Below, in pieces: positions 12,560 through 26,489 of a stretch of DNA of 64,000 nt. Where the stretch lies: positions 71,302,001-71,366,000 of the forward strand of contig CM052817.1 in assembly GCA_028534125.1 (NCBI GenBank). Direction: 5' to 3'. The notes under the pieces were generated by a model. That model was not told where the DNA came from and searched no databases. It saw only the letters and a program-made list of their open reading frames with translations. A program made the position numbers and the translations under genes. This stretch comes from Lama glama (Eukaryota). The stretch's first letter is position 1; every line of letters begins with the position of its first letter.

Positions 12560-14260
12560 GAATACAGTCCTTTTAGTATATACTCTCAGACTAAGGGGAA
12601 AGAACAACGCCCAAATGAATCTTGAACTCTTTTTTTTTTTTGCTTTGCTTTTTAAAGTATTATAGATGTAGCAATTCTAAAATTATTTCTTATGCATTGT
12701 AGGAATAAGTACATGAGTGAATGAGTTGATATTCTTGGAAAGCAGGATTATTGCTATGCAGGAAGATACAAACATGGAATAGGGAAAAGCAAAGAAAAGC
12801 CTTGTGGGGTGGATTGGAATGTGGAATTGAAGGTATGAACTGATTATTTCATATCCATATCTCTACAGCTCTCTATCTCTGTCTATCTGTCTATCTCATC
12901 TATGTACATATGTGACCCCCGCCCCCACTTAGTTCTCCCTTCTGAACAGTTAGAAGCAACTGCACTCCAATAGTAATGAGCACACCTATCCCAAATCTTG
13001 CCTTCTAAATACTATACCACACTAAGAGGAACCAGAGTTCCTTGGAGAAAGAGAAATAGCCAACTTCAAGACTGGTAGGGAAGGCAAGATTTGAACCTGT
13101 AACGTCTTGTGCCAGAATATAAGGAAGTGCTCAGAAAAGTGATAGGGCAATGTCAAAAGCTCCCTTGAGTCTAGCTTGAAGGTTCTCCTCCTGACTAAAT
13201 CTGGGAAAATTTAAGCATAAAACTAAAGACAGTAATAGTTTGTAATTCACTGAATAAAGTAGAAACCCATGAGTCATTATTGATAATATAAGTAGACAGC
13301 AGTAGGTAGGTTGGTAGGTAGGTAGGTAGATGGATAGATAGATAGACAGACAGACAGATGAGAAGTGGGAGCTCTTCCTTATAGCAGAAAGCTGAATGAT
13401 AAATCAGGAGTCCCATTTTGTAATCATCGTAGGATAGATTGGTTTGGGTGAGAATCATCAATAGATGATAAACCCAGGGGAACCATTTGAGGAGGATCAG
13501 GATATTTGCATGGTTCTCTATATCTTCCCACAGATTGTTCATTATTGCAATGGGACAAAAAAAAAGTTACTATACAGTGGATGACCAGAACAATCCTTTG
13601 ACAGGATAGCAAAATGAACATCACTGATGGGGGACAACAGACATAACCTGCCTCTATATTCAATTTCCTGAGAAGGACACAGTATCACTTACATGGTAAT
13701 TCTGGCTGAGGATGCAGTAGACTGAATCAAATCATGAGAAAAGAGCAGATAAACCCAAACTGAGGAACATTCTTGAAAATAACTGGCCTGTATTCTTTAA
13801 AAGTATGTCATTAAAGACAGCAGGAATTGTTCCAGATAAAGGAAGAACAAAGACTAAAAAACAGCTAAATGCAATATGTTAGCCTGGACTCTGAAGAGAA
13901 AAAAAATATAAAGGACATTATTGAGGTAATTTATAAAGTTGGGATAAGGATGATTGATTAGGTAAAGTATTATACTAATATTAAATTTCTTAACCTTAGT
14001 AGCTGTACTGAGGTGATATAAGAGAAAAAAATCAGTATTTGTGTTCTTAGGAGATGCATATGTACTGCTGCAGAGTAAAGGGGTGTGATGTATTACGATG
14101 TGTGCAACCCAAACTTCAATATATATTTGGAGAGAGCAAGAGATTGATGATGCAAATGTGGCAAAATGTCAACAGCTGGTGAATCTGGATAAAGGACATT
14201 TTAGATTTCACTTGCAACATTTTTGTGAGTTTGAAATTGTTTCAAATTAAAAAAGGCAAA
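12560..14260 (+). mobile_element. Old L1M (MC/MD-type) 3' region
   Basis: Typical old L1M 3' motifs (aaacccaaactgagga, aataactggcctg, ggtgaatctggataaagg, gagtttgaaatt...aaattaaaaaa). Confidence 0.6.
13301..13358 (+). repeat. Compound tetranucleotide microsatellite (TAGG/TAGA/CAGA)n
   Basis: Read directly from the sequence. Confidence 0.9.
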
Positions 14261-16265
14261 AAAAGGAAAAGAAACATAAGCTAGTAGATCAAAGATTAGA
14301 ATGAAGGTAGGAAATAGAAACTCAGCTAAAGCCCCACTTCTGAATTATAGATAGAAATCTGTTATGAAACTATTTTCTTCAGGTTGTCAGAGCTTATGAT
14401 TATCATCATTTTTCATATGTTTAACTTACACTGAAAAAGACACCAGAATGTTGATAAATGTTAAGTGATTATATCAGGTTCCTCAGCTTGTTAAGGACAG
14501 ACCAACATTTAAGGAGAAGTAGTGAAAATTGAAAATTGATTTTGGTATGAATGCAATTAAGGTGCATCTCTAGATAGAATTCAGTGGTGTGTGTATATTA
14601 TTAGACTATTACTGCTTTAGGCAGGCATTTTTGGTATTTGTTTAAAGATGATCTATGCCATATGTCCAAACACACCACTTCTATAGCCAGGGTCCAAACA
14701 AAGCAGCTGATTCTCTTTCTTCTAGACAAATGGAGTAGTTTCCTTATCCCAGGAAAATACTTACAAACTCAACATTCACTGAATTCTCTTTCCTTGGGAC
14801 TCTTTCACCTCCCTCCCCACATACTCGTGCCAATCCTGATATCCTTTTACCCTTAGCAGAATCTTATTTCACTTTAGCAATTTGCACATTTGTAAAATTG
14901 GACACCTAGGGTTTTAATTTTCAAAGCATTGCTCAAGGGGTGTATCCCAGCTTCTTGGCTTCTTTAAATACGAGTATGCATCTGTGTGTTCGTGCTTATG
15001 TGTGTGCATTACAGCCTGCTCATGGATAAAGTGGCCCTCTCGTACCCTCTTGGAATTCAAATAAAGTTCTTGATTTATGGCTACAAGTTTATTCACTGTG
15101 GTCAAGCTTTAGAAGCCAAACTCTCAGAAGGAAGCAACCATGTCTGCCAATTTGCCAGATGTTTAATAAACGTTATGATGACAAAGGAAATTCTTTTGGA
15201 GAATAATTTCATGGTTTTGATATCCACTAATATATTTAACAAGTCTGAGCTAGGTTATTATCTTTTTACTCAATGGCAGTAAACAAAATCTGTACAAAGG
15301 ATAATAAAAGATGCACATGTGGTACTGAGGTGTAAAGGGGCATGATGTATTATGATGTGTGCAACCTATTCTTCAATGTATATTTGGAGAGAGCAAGAGA
15401 TAATGATGCACATGTGACAAAATGTTAACAACTGGTGAATCTGGATAAAGGATGTTTTGGAGTTATTTCCCCACCAAGGTCTTCTTATAGTGGAGACCAC
15501 TATAAGTGGCCAAACGTATCTTTATTATTTCAATTTTGATTAATTTTTCTTGCTGAGATTGAATATCTGCTCATATATTTTGTTTGTTTATGGTTCTTCA
15601 GTGAATGGCTTATTTTTGGAACTTTCTATTGGATTGGTGGTCTTTGCCTGCTTAATTTGTAAAAATATTTAAATACTAAGGAAAGTAACTGTAATCTGCT
15701 ATATATATATTACAAAGTTTCCTCCCTTGTTTTTTATGTCTTTTTTAGCTTTTACATTGTTGTGTAGTTAAATCAGTCCATATTCACACTATTTCTAGCC
15801 TTGTTACTGTGCTTAAAAAGGCCTCCCCATCCCCAAATTGCATATATATTCTCCAGATATTCTGTACTTATTATAGCAGTATTTTAGTTTAAATTTTTTA
15901 ATTTATATGCAATTTTAATGTATGGTACGTATGATGTGAAGTGGAGCACAGAATACAAAATTTCAGTGAATTAGAATTATTTATTATTAATTATTAGAAT
16001 AATAATTATTTTTTGAGAATTTAAAAATATTTCTTGGAACTTTACAATAAAAGGATAAGACTATATATGTTTGAAGTATAATACATTTATACTAAGAATT
16101 GGAAAAAATTATACAATTGGAAGACAAAAAATGTACTTTGTCTCTGGTTATTGCAAATCTATACCATGGGACAACTGTATGACAGATGTGTTGGCCATTT
16201 AGGTGAAAGACATTCTATACATTCTGAGCATTATTGGGGGTGGGAGTGTGATGATTTTTCCCTAG

Positions 16266-16430
16266 AGCAGAATTCTCAACCTTGAGTGTACATTGGAATC
16301 ACCTGCTTTTAAATATGCTGATGCCAGCCCCGAGAGATTTTGATTTCACTGGTCTGGGCCTACCTGTCTGGGATTTTAAAAGCTCCCCAGGTGATTACAT
16401 AATGCACAGCTGAGGATGAGACCACTGCCT
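16266..16430. mobile_element. MER5A-like hAT-Charlie DNA transposon
   Basis: cag..ttctcaacctt...gaatcacctg...agctccccaggtgatt...gagaccactg with short terminal inverted repeats. Confidence 0.7.
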
Positions 16431-19400
16431 TACAGCCTTTTAATGATGTCTCACTGATATGATTTGCTAAAAGCTTAGCCATGATTCAAATAAAGTTGTC
16501 TCTAAATTTTAGTTTTAAAGCCTTCCCATCTCTGAGCTATAATCAGGTTAGATTATATAATCAATTCAGATTACAGCCCAGAGAAGCCACTAGGACTTGG
16601 CATTGGGTTGAATATAATCTTCACTTCCTTCTAGGTCTATTGTGTAAACAATGGGTTTAAGAAATTTGAGAAAGTGATGTGCTAAAAAGTTTTCAGAATA
16701 ATTTCCCACAAGGGAGGGAATTTACCTTAGAAGTTATAAATTTATCTTAGAGGTATAACTATAGAAGCTTATGTTAGAAGTTTAACTTTCTACTATGATT
16801 TCTTTGCAGACTCAAAATCAGAGACTTTTTTAAGAGCTTTGTAAAGTGAAGCTTTAGCACAGGTGTGGCCATTTTTCATTTTCCTTTCTATAAAGTAATA
16901 GTATACTAATTGTGGATTTTAGAGTGATTTTTATTTTCTGTATTTGTCAAGAATTTTTTTTACAATGAATACACATTACTTTCATCATCAGAAAATACAC
17001 TTTTTTTATACACATGTTATTTTTTAAGTTAAAATTTACCATTTATATGACCACAGCTCTATAAAAAAAAGTAGGAAGAATGCATTCATTATAAGTTGTT
17101 GCCTTCAGATGGTAGGGACTTTGGGCAATAATTTTTTCCCTCTTGCTGTTTTGGTTTTTTTTCAATTTCCCAAATTTTCTGGCATAATTATGTATTACTT
17201 CTATAAAGGAAAATTAATGTATACTAAAGTAAAAATGAATAATGGCTCATATAAATTAGCTAAATATTCTTAATAACTTTCAAGTTGTAAAGCCAATACA
17301 ACAGTAGCAATCTGTTAAAAGGATTTTATTTTAAACATTTTATTTGATTTAAATTCTTCACAATTTAAATCATTGTATCCTTCTCAAGAGGGGGAGTCTA
17401 TTTTCCCATCTTGATATTTTAATGCAAGGAGGTATTATGGTGAACCCTTTTGGTGTTTGTTTGTGTTTGTTTTTTTCTATTTTTTCCTCTCCCCTTCTTC
17501 AAGCTTTTTCTTCAAAGAAAGAGGAGCTACTAATGTGACTGGTGAAAGTCAGGCATCAGTTGGCCCTGGTCCCAGGCAGCATCCTCACAAACCGGAGCCC
17601 CGCCCTCCCCCACTGCCCACCTAGTGAATTGGTTGGGACCAGATGTTTTCTGTGGCGTCTGGTCTCGTGTGATGTGCACACCCAGGCTGGGACAGAGGAC
17701 AGGTTTACTTGTCTGTTCTGTGGCTGTGTGGATGACTACCAAGGCAGCTTGTGGTCTCCCGCAAACTCAATCTCTTTGTGGATCTAGTTCTTTGGGTGTC
17801 TCCCAAGGATAGAAGGAAGCATGAAGCCTCTTTTTGTCTTGAATCCAGTCATTGTTTGTTAATCAACCTTCACGTGGGCATCTTGTATGGTGAGATTTGC
17901 TGCACCTCCAATAATAAGGCTGTCACCATGATCTCCATGTAGGTGTCAGTGGTTTGTGTTTATGGGCTTTTGGAGCAAAATCTGGAAGGGGAGTAGAACA
18001 AGGAGCAGAGGAGAGGTAAATATTGGTACCCCCAGCCTCGCATACATTCTTATAGAAGCGTTTCACTCAGTGATATCCAGCAAACGTTTATGGGGTGCCT
18101 ACCACGTGTAAAACTCTTTGCAGTGGACAAAGTCTGCAAAGAATTCACAATCTAAAGTGTGCATAAGTGCCTGTCGGGGGAGTATGTGTGTGTCTGTTGT
18201 TCAAAGAAGCACCCAGGTAATTACAATGCAATGTGGTCAATGCTAGGAGACACATTAGCAAAGAGCAATGAGAGCAGAGAGAATGGAGAACATTTGACTC
18301 CTCCACTCCTTAGCTAATGTCACACTTCCATTTTCAGCAGGAGATCCGACAACTGTGCTTGGCAGCACAGTGTAGAAGTACCTGACAATACCTCAGAATT
18401 TTGGGTCTCAGACTGTTCTGCCACTATCTAGCTGGGGCACCTTTGTTCTGTGAGCATCATTTTCCTTATTTTGGTAACAGAGAATGTTGAGGTTGGCTCT
18501 CCATGATTCCTTATGAAATGCTGTCCTCTCTTCCTTTCAGTGGATGAACGATGAACTGTAACTGGAAGTCCCTTACACTGACAATCATAGTACATACTAT
18601 CTTTGAGCTAAAGACACTGTAGAAGTCATCTGGTACAACCCTCTTAATTTACAGAAAAGGAAACTAACACCCAGAAAGAAGGGTAAACGTTTTGTTCAAG
18701 GTCAGAGCCACTTTTGGTCTCCAGGTTTCCTTCTTTTCGTGCAGGTGAATTATCTGAAGCCAGCTATTAAACTAGGAGAACAGAATTTGGTTAAGAGTTG
18801 CTGACTAAATGTCCAATAGAATTTGGCTCAACATAATCAGTATAAAACAAACAAGGGGATTCAGGTGAGATACATTCTTTCAAGCAGTCAACTGGATGTT
18901 CTTGGCTGGAGGCAGTAAATCTCATTGGGGAAACAGCCGTGAATGCCATTCTTTCTGTGTCCCAGAAATGTCACCCTTCTCCAGAATGTGATTAACTTGG
19001 TGTTAGTAACATTAAAAAAGCATGAAATAGATTGCTAGGTGTTGAATATTTTCCTTTATTCACTTCAGAATAAATAGCATGTTTACAGCAAACTAAGTAA
19101 GAGGTCTATTATTGGGTTTTGGTGACCGTAGTGTTCTCTAAATCTTGATTTGTTTATTGTTTTTATCAGTAACTTCCAGGTAAATGTCAAGTACAGGGTC
19201 AATCAGTGTGAATGGCTCCAAGCAGTGTGGCCTGCTGGAAAAAATAGGAACAGAGCCATCAAATGAAGTTCCAGTTTAAAGTGGACTAATCCTAGCAAAA
19301 ATCAATTTGTTCAAATGTGAAGTGAACCCAGGCACCAAATTCACTCCTGTGCCCTCCAACTTTGCTCTCTGTCAGCCTCCTCCTTGTCCCCATCCAAGAA

Positions 19401-19807
19401 CAGCATGGACAGCTGTGATAGAAAACAGGGTGTGTCTCTGGCTATGGGACTCAGATGCCACACGCCAGATTCTCTCTCTCATCTTGGCATTCGAGGTTGA
19501 CATCCACACGTTGGCTTTTCTCCCTGGGCAGCTGGGAGGTTGTGTGGGGTCACACGGCTTCTCACATGGGTACATTGGCCTCATTTCCTTCTAGGGTAGA
19601 AGTGATACATCTCCATTCCTCTTAGAGATTCCTCAGAATTTTCCAAATGAATCAGGCAGGTTTTTACCTTGGATTGTTGCTGTATGTTAGGAAAGACTTC
19701 ATGACGGTAAGACAAAACTATCAGGCACGTGGAGGATTTTGCCATTATTGAGTTTTTGGAAACTATTTGCCTGTGAGTAGATTTTTGATAGTCTCTATAT
19801 TTATGTG

Positions 19808-19832
19808 TACACACACACACACACACACACAC
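19808..19832 (+). repeat. (CA)n microsatellite
   Basis: Read directly from the sequence. Confidence 0.95.
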
Positions 19833-22800
19833 ATGCACTGCAAGATGTTTCCTATTCCTTTTACTTTCAACCTGCTAGTCATTCATTTCTTCACTTGACA
19901 AAGATATACTGAGTGCCTGCTCTATGCCATGCGCTATCTCTGTATTGACAAGATGTATGGCTGGTCATAGAACTTAGGAATCTGGTAGGAGACTTGGAGT
20001 AGCTCCCTCTGAGATAACTTTGAATAAAAACAAGCCAGTCACCAAGCAGTAATAACTTTAGAGTCATAAAAGGAAATGGGAAATTTATAATATCCAGGTA
20101 CTATTCCCAGCTCAAGCTTTCTTGGTTATGTGATCATTAGTTAATTAATGTAGTTGACATTTTCCTCAGAGTAAAGGAGTTCTTTGAGTTAGGAAGTAGA
20201 AACTGATTCCTGTAGTGCTGCAAGAAAGGGTCAAACACCACCAATTCCTTCAGATAAATTCCAAGCCTATTATAAATACTTTTTAAATCCAGACAATCCT
20301 GTAAACTTTCACATATGAATTATCATTGATACATTAAAAATGATTTCCAATTTTTTATTTGATTCTATGTTTTTTGTACTTTTCTCAGTAAATATGAAAA
20401 TAAAAAAATATGCTTTCCCCTGTAAATGAAAAAATCTTCAATTTGCAGCCCAAAGCCCTGCGTTTGTCTTTTAATCCCTAGGCCAATATAATCCATATTT
20501 GACTACCCTCCTGGGGGCTATGCTTCCTTTTCTAAGCATTTGCTTTTTTCTCAAAGAATGGTGAGTCATGAGACCAAGTGTTCTTGAAGACTCAGATGTG
20601 GATCAAGACTATTACATATTTAATACTTGCTACACATGAAACACTCCCCATGGAAACTTGTTTTAAAAATTCATAATCACATTACATTATTACTTTAACC
20701 CTCATTTGAAGAAAAGAGAAACATTTAATACTATTAAACAGACAAGCTTGATAGGAAGTAATGGAAAAATCTCATCTTGAAGAGACACAATGGTGGGCCA
20801 ACCCTTAAAAGGAATTTTGAAGGAAATGCTTTAGTAAATCCCTACATATACATCCCCCCCCCCCAAAAAAATAGACTGAAGGGAAACTTCCTAGTTTAGT
20901 AAGGTAGAAATATGAAATTATCATATAAAACAGTACTAATTAAGCTCATGTTTCTACCCACACATGCCTAGTTTCAATAATTATGTCAAGTAAACATCTA
21001 CTTTATTAGTAATTGTCAGGGAAAATCCGTAGTGTTGAGGCTTTGTGTTTCTCTTCCGAGGCTGGAAATATGTAATATGATGGATTAAAATTAATTTGAT
21101 AACAATGGGCAATACAGAGATTTGAAATTTTAAACCAAGCTTTTTTTGAGAATTATTTTATCTTAATTTACATCTCAATTTTTAAGCAGAATGTATGTTT
21201 TGGACTCCCAAACGTTCATGACACGATCTAGTGAGACTCAATAGAGGATCCTTACCTAGGAGGTCTTGAATTCCAGATAGAATTTTGAATAGTTTAAGTG
21301 TGGCTTTGCTGGAGGCAGGGAAACATCCTAACGGAATTATACTCCCAGTGTGATTTTCCTTTTAATAAATAAGGTAGTCAGAAGGCGAGCATGATCAGAG
21401 GCAGCAGACCTGAGGGGTTTTTAGGTTATAAGAGAAGTGAACTTAATGCTCTTTATCTGAAGGTCAGTGAATTTACTAAGTCACCTTTAAAATTACAACT
21501 TTAAACAACAGTCTTAAATTAAAAAGAGGGGAAACCCATAATCTCACTGCTGGTCAAATAAGCTATTTTCAATTTTTCTGTGTTTCTTATCTGTTATATG
21601 AAATAATAAATACTGTAATTGTAGGATAGATAAGAGATAGTGTGTTTTTCTGTTAATATTGTGGTAAACATTTCCTTTTTAATGACTATATCATATTCCC
21701 ATAATAATTTAACTATTTCTGTTGTAAATGAAAGCTATTTCTAATTTTTGCTACCATGAATAACATTACAATACCTATTTGTATGATTATAACTTCTTTT
21801 TTTAGTGGAGAGATTATTCCTTTAGGGAGAAATTGCCAGGAGTGAGATTACACGGTCAACGCCTATGAATATTTTTATGGCTCTGAAATGTGTTGCCAAA
21901 TTGCTTGCTAAAAGGGTTGCACCAAATGCATGCTGGCTTCTAAAGGTCAGACTTATTTTGATATGAGATAAACGTATGTGTAATATTAAACTAACCGTTT
22001 ACCAACTAGGGGGAAACAAAACGTATCATTTCTCAACATATAGAATAAGAATATAACCCAGGAATCTGCCAAAGTCTGTCATATTGTGAATGGGCTAGGC
22101 AGTCAAAAACCTCAGTCCTGTTCATTTTGGTCATAATTATAAAGTAGATTCTTTCTTCTGGAAGTTACATTTTGGACAAGCTGTGGTCTCGGACCCAGGT
22201 ATGATAATTTCAGCTCTTCTTCTTGCCCCAGCACACATGGGAAGTTTGGGGCTGTGATTCTACTTGTATATACACCTGGTAATCTCCTCTGAGGGAATTA
22301 AGAATGAAGATTACAGCTCTCTCCTTTACTCAGTGGAAACAATGTAATGTTCCATTGAAAAAAAAAAGGCAGTCAGATTCTGATGTATAGTTTAAAAACG
22401 TTGCACTTCAGAGGTTTCATCTGCACAATGCCAGAGTTACATAATTCTGTTATTCTTGGTTTAGCAGGTACATTTCATGAAAGGGCTAAAGTGAACACGT
22501 GAATGCACCCAGGGAAATTGGAGCCACAGGTGACCTATGAGAACGATCCTTCCCTTGACACAAACTTAATTCAAGTGAGCTATCACAGGATCTGAGATTC
22601 AGTGTTTTAATTGCCCCAGGAATGTCTTGGTCTCAGCAAAAACAGCTAAATTCCTTCCTCTTTTTTTTCTCCAATATACTTAAAGTCTTTGTGTAAAATT
22701 TGGAATAACATTTATTGCTTGTTGCACAAACAAGATACTCACTTGCATTCATTCTTGAGGTTGTTTTCCTACACTCGCATTTGACTTCTCTGTCTTGAGC

Positions 22801-23444
22801 ACTGATTTTAACTTCCTTGAAGATCAGAACATCTAGTTACTTAATTTAATGACTGCCTCTCTTTCATATTATCTCCAGGCATACCTTTATGGATCACTGA
22901 AAAAGGCTACTTCATTTTCCAACACAAATTATGGCATTCACCAGCAGCCAAAGAGATCTTACCAAGTGGAATTTTAAACATAGACACCAAAGAAGTTGGC
23001 AAAAGAGAAGAGAAGAATGGCTGTGATAACCCTTATGCTCCTGTTGGTGTCCTGGTCTCAGGACCAGCATGAGGGATGGGCACTCATCTTAGCAGTATTC
23101 GTAACATAAAAGAAGCCCTAGAGGGTAGTGGTTTAGGCTCACGCTCTAGAGTCAGACAGACATGGCGTTTTTGTCTGAAGGAGATCTTCACTTAATAGCT
23201 CTGAGATTTTGGGCAAGGTCCTTAACTTCTCTAACCCCAAATTTACCTTCCATAAAATGGAGTCATGTCTACTTTTCATAAGGACTTGATGGAAGCTTTT
23301 CTTTCTCATCTTTTTCCTGATGGTGGCTCCTGACTGATGGCAAGTAAAGATAGCTGATGTTTGAGGAAAAAACATGATTTTGTATCTTATTTTTAATTTT
23401 ACCTCTGGTATTGTGGGCAAAATATTAGGCTTTGGACTCAGTGA

Positions 23445-24930
23445 AAAAACTCATATAATAAGGTTGCAGGATACAAAGTCCACGTATAAAACTCAATTTT
23501 ATTTCTGTAAAAGAGCAACAAACAACTAGAAAATAAAACTGAAGAATTATTCATTTGTAAGAGCATTCAAAAAACATAAAATACAAATAAACTTAACAAA
23601 AGATATATAAAGCTCAACACTGGGAAGTCAAAATCATTGATGAGAGAATTAAAGAAGACCTAAATAAATGGAGAAGTATATAATATTCATAGATTAGGAG
23701 GCTTAATATTTTAAGAATATCAGTTCTTCCCAAACTGAACTGTATATTCAGTGAATATATGTGTGGAGAAAAATAAACTTCAATCTCATATAATGTATAT
23801 AAACATTAATAAAGATGAATCACAAACACCAACATAAAAGCTAAAACTCTAAATGTGCCTAGAAAAAAAAATAGAATATATTGAGAGATTAAAACAGGTA
23901 ACAATTTATTAGAGTTAACACAGACAAAAAGCATATCCATAAAGAAAAACATTGATAAATTGGACTTCATCAAATGTTTTGCTCATGAAAAGACAGTATG
24001 AAGAAAATGAATAGATAAGCATGGACTGGGAGAAAATATTTCTTATACGTAGATCTGACATATGTATTTACATATTTATAATACATAGATCAGATTTATA
24101 TCCAAAATATATGTAAAGATCTATAAATCAATTAAAAAAATTAAAAACACAATGAAGAAACAGGCAAAAGATTTGAATAGACATCTCACAAAAGAAGATA
24201 CATGAATGATCAATTAACATATGAAAAGATGGTCATCACCATTATTCATCAGGGAAGGGCAAATTAAAATTGCAACGTGATATTCTGTTACACCTACTAA
24301 AATATTTAAAATTAAAAAAGACTGACAATACCAAATGCCAGTGAGGATGTGGAACACCTGGAACTCCCATGCATTGCCTGTGAGAATATAAAATGGAGCA
24401 CTCACTCTGGAAAAATGTTTGTCAGCTTATTATGGAGTTAAACATGTACCTACCCTGTGAACCAGCAATTAGGCATTAACTGGAGAGAAATGAAAACAGT
24501 CACCTGGAAACAATCCAAATGTCCATCAACAGGAGAATGGACAAACAAATTTTGATCTATTCATACAGAAGAATACTTCCCAGCAATTAAAAAAAAATGT
24601 AGTACTGATACACACAACATGGGTGAACAGCAAAAACATTATGGTGAACAAAAGAAGTCAGACACAAAAGCAAACCTACTGCAGGACTACATTTCTATAA
24701 AGCTCAAGAACAGATAAAACTAACCTATGATGATGGAAATCAGAACAATGGTTGCCTGTGGACGTGGGTGGGACTGACTGCAGAGGAGCACAAGGGAAAT
24801 TTTGGCAGTAATGGAAACATTTCATATCTGCTTGAGGTATTAGTTTAATGTGTATATATTTTTACCAAAACTCATCAGATTTTACACTGAAGATCTGTTC
24901 ACTTTATATAAATTGAACTTGAATAAAAAT
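23445..24930 (+). mobile_element. Old L1M ORF2 3' portion and 3' UTR
   Basis: L1 hallmarks: aaggttgcaggatacaaag, aaagaagacctaaataaatgg, ttggacttcatcaaa, gactgggagaaaatatt, aatccaaatgtccatcaac; ends in aataaaaa. Confidence 0.85.
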
Positions 24931-25319
24931 ACAAAGTGACTTCATCTCAACTGGAAGTCAGGCTGAGAAAAACCAAATGAAAGCAACTTTGTGTCTCTAT
25001 TATTTGGAAATTTAAAAATATACCATTTACTCAAATGTTTTCTCTCCATCATCTATTTTGTACAGTTTTCCAGTCAAATAATTTCTATCTGAAAGTAGAA
25101 GAGGGAAAGAAGATACTACTTCACAGTTTAATAAATATAATAAGAGCAAAGGAAGAGCTGCAAACTAGAGCCTACATTTTCATTAGTTTCCAGCAGTAGT
25201 TTTAATTCTATGAAGTTATAGCATCTCCAGTACTTTTGTCAAGCTTTCAGATGCTCTATACCTAATGGAACTATGCTTCCTACAGATTCAGCAGAATTGA
25301 AGGTGAGGGGAAAGATTGT

Positions 25320-25620
25320 ACGGTCAGACCTCCACATCTGTGGGTTCCACATCTGCATATTCAACCAACTGTGCATGGAAAATATTTGGAAAAAAATTTC
25401 AGAAAGTTTCAAAAAGCCAAACTTGAACTTGCCACTTGATGGCTACCATTTACATAGCATTTACATTGTATTACATATTATAAGTAATCTAGATATGCTT
25501 TAAAGTTTAGGGGAGCATGTGTGTAGGCTACACGCAAATAAAACGTCCATTTTATATAAGGGGATTGGGTGTCTGAGGGGGTTCCTGGAAGCAATCCCCA
25601 GCAAATATCAAGGGATGACA
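25320..25620 (-). mobile_element. MER2/Tigger-type non-autonomous Tc1/mariner element
   Basis: Reverse complement of the element at 55474-55787; terminal inverted repeats cggtc...gacag. Confidence 0.75.
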
Positions 25621-25689
25621 GAATCTTGGACAATAGAAAAATCAGAGTTCTTTCCATTCACTTTGACATTTTTAGAAGTTAAAATACCT

Positions 25690-26120
25690 GAGAGAACAAT
25701 GAAGGAGGGATGGTTGGAGGAGGTCATCAAGAGGACGTGACCACCGGTTGACCTGAGGCTCCTCACTGGCTTCCCTGCCCTTGGAATGTATGTTCTGCCC
25801 ACTGTTCTCGTAACTGGAGCCATTTCAAGGACGCAGCCTTGAGAGAACGATGTGTTGCTGAGACCACCTGGACGGTATATGTGACTGAACCCAATCATGG
25901 CCTCTACATAAAAGTTTAAGATTCTGCGGGGTGGGTGTGGAGATGTACTCATTTTGCAGATGTCCAAGACAAGCCTCATAAGTAAGTTTGCTTGCTTATT
26001 AAACCTGCTGCCTTCCAACTGTACATGGTCTGCCTCTTTCTTTGGTCTCTTCCTGCCTTCCAGTGTACAGGGGCCAGTTTAGAATTTCACCCAGGGAACT
26101 CCTGAAATTATAAACCAGTA
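25690..26120 (+). mobile_element. Probable solo ERV LTR
   Basis: GC-richer block with TATA-like cataaaa (~25907) and attaaa polyA-like signal (~25998); boundaries uncertain. Confidence 0.5.
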
Positions 26121-26489
26121 AGTATGCTGAGACTATGTAAATAAATGCAATGCAGTCTAGAATGAGCCTTTTTTTAAAAAAAAAAAAGTTAAACTTTGTT
26201 GCTGCTTCACAGAATTAGGGATTATATATGATGGATTGTTATGCTCTTTTTAAAATACACACCCAGTTTCTGGAGGCTTGTTTCTTCCTCTTGGTCAGGG
26301 GAACCTTTCCAGGTGACTGGGGCAGATTTAGCAGAAAGATGGAGCATGGGTAGGATTCCTCTTTTACTTCTTGTTTACCAAGGGCTTTTAAAAATCTGAT
26401 TTCATTTGGTAGAGGCATGGCATTACTTAATCTGTGCGTTAAGCATAGTGTTACTTAATTGGCTAGTGACTCCTCTCCCCTTTTCTTTT

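Noticed and set aside
18290..18400. Minus-strand YFYTVLPSTVVGSPAENGSVTLAKE, faintly cadherin-like
   Set aside because: No LDRE/DxNDN motifs, no clear donor, and wedged between L2/MIR relics.
19372..19790. Minus-strand PGR..VW.....AK.R...FSITA resembling the CDHR1 penultimate exon
   Set aside because: Needs large gaps (~400 nt versus ~258 expected) and no donor was found. Too weak to claim, though it should be included in the CDHR1 alignment test.
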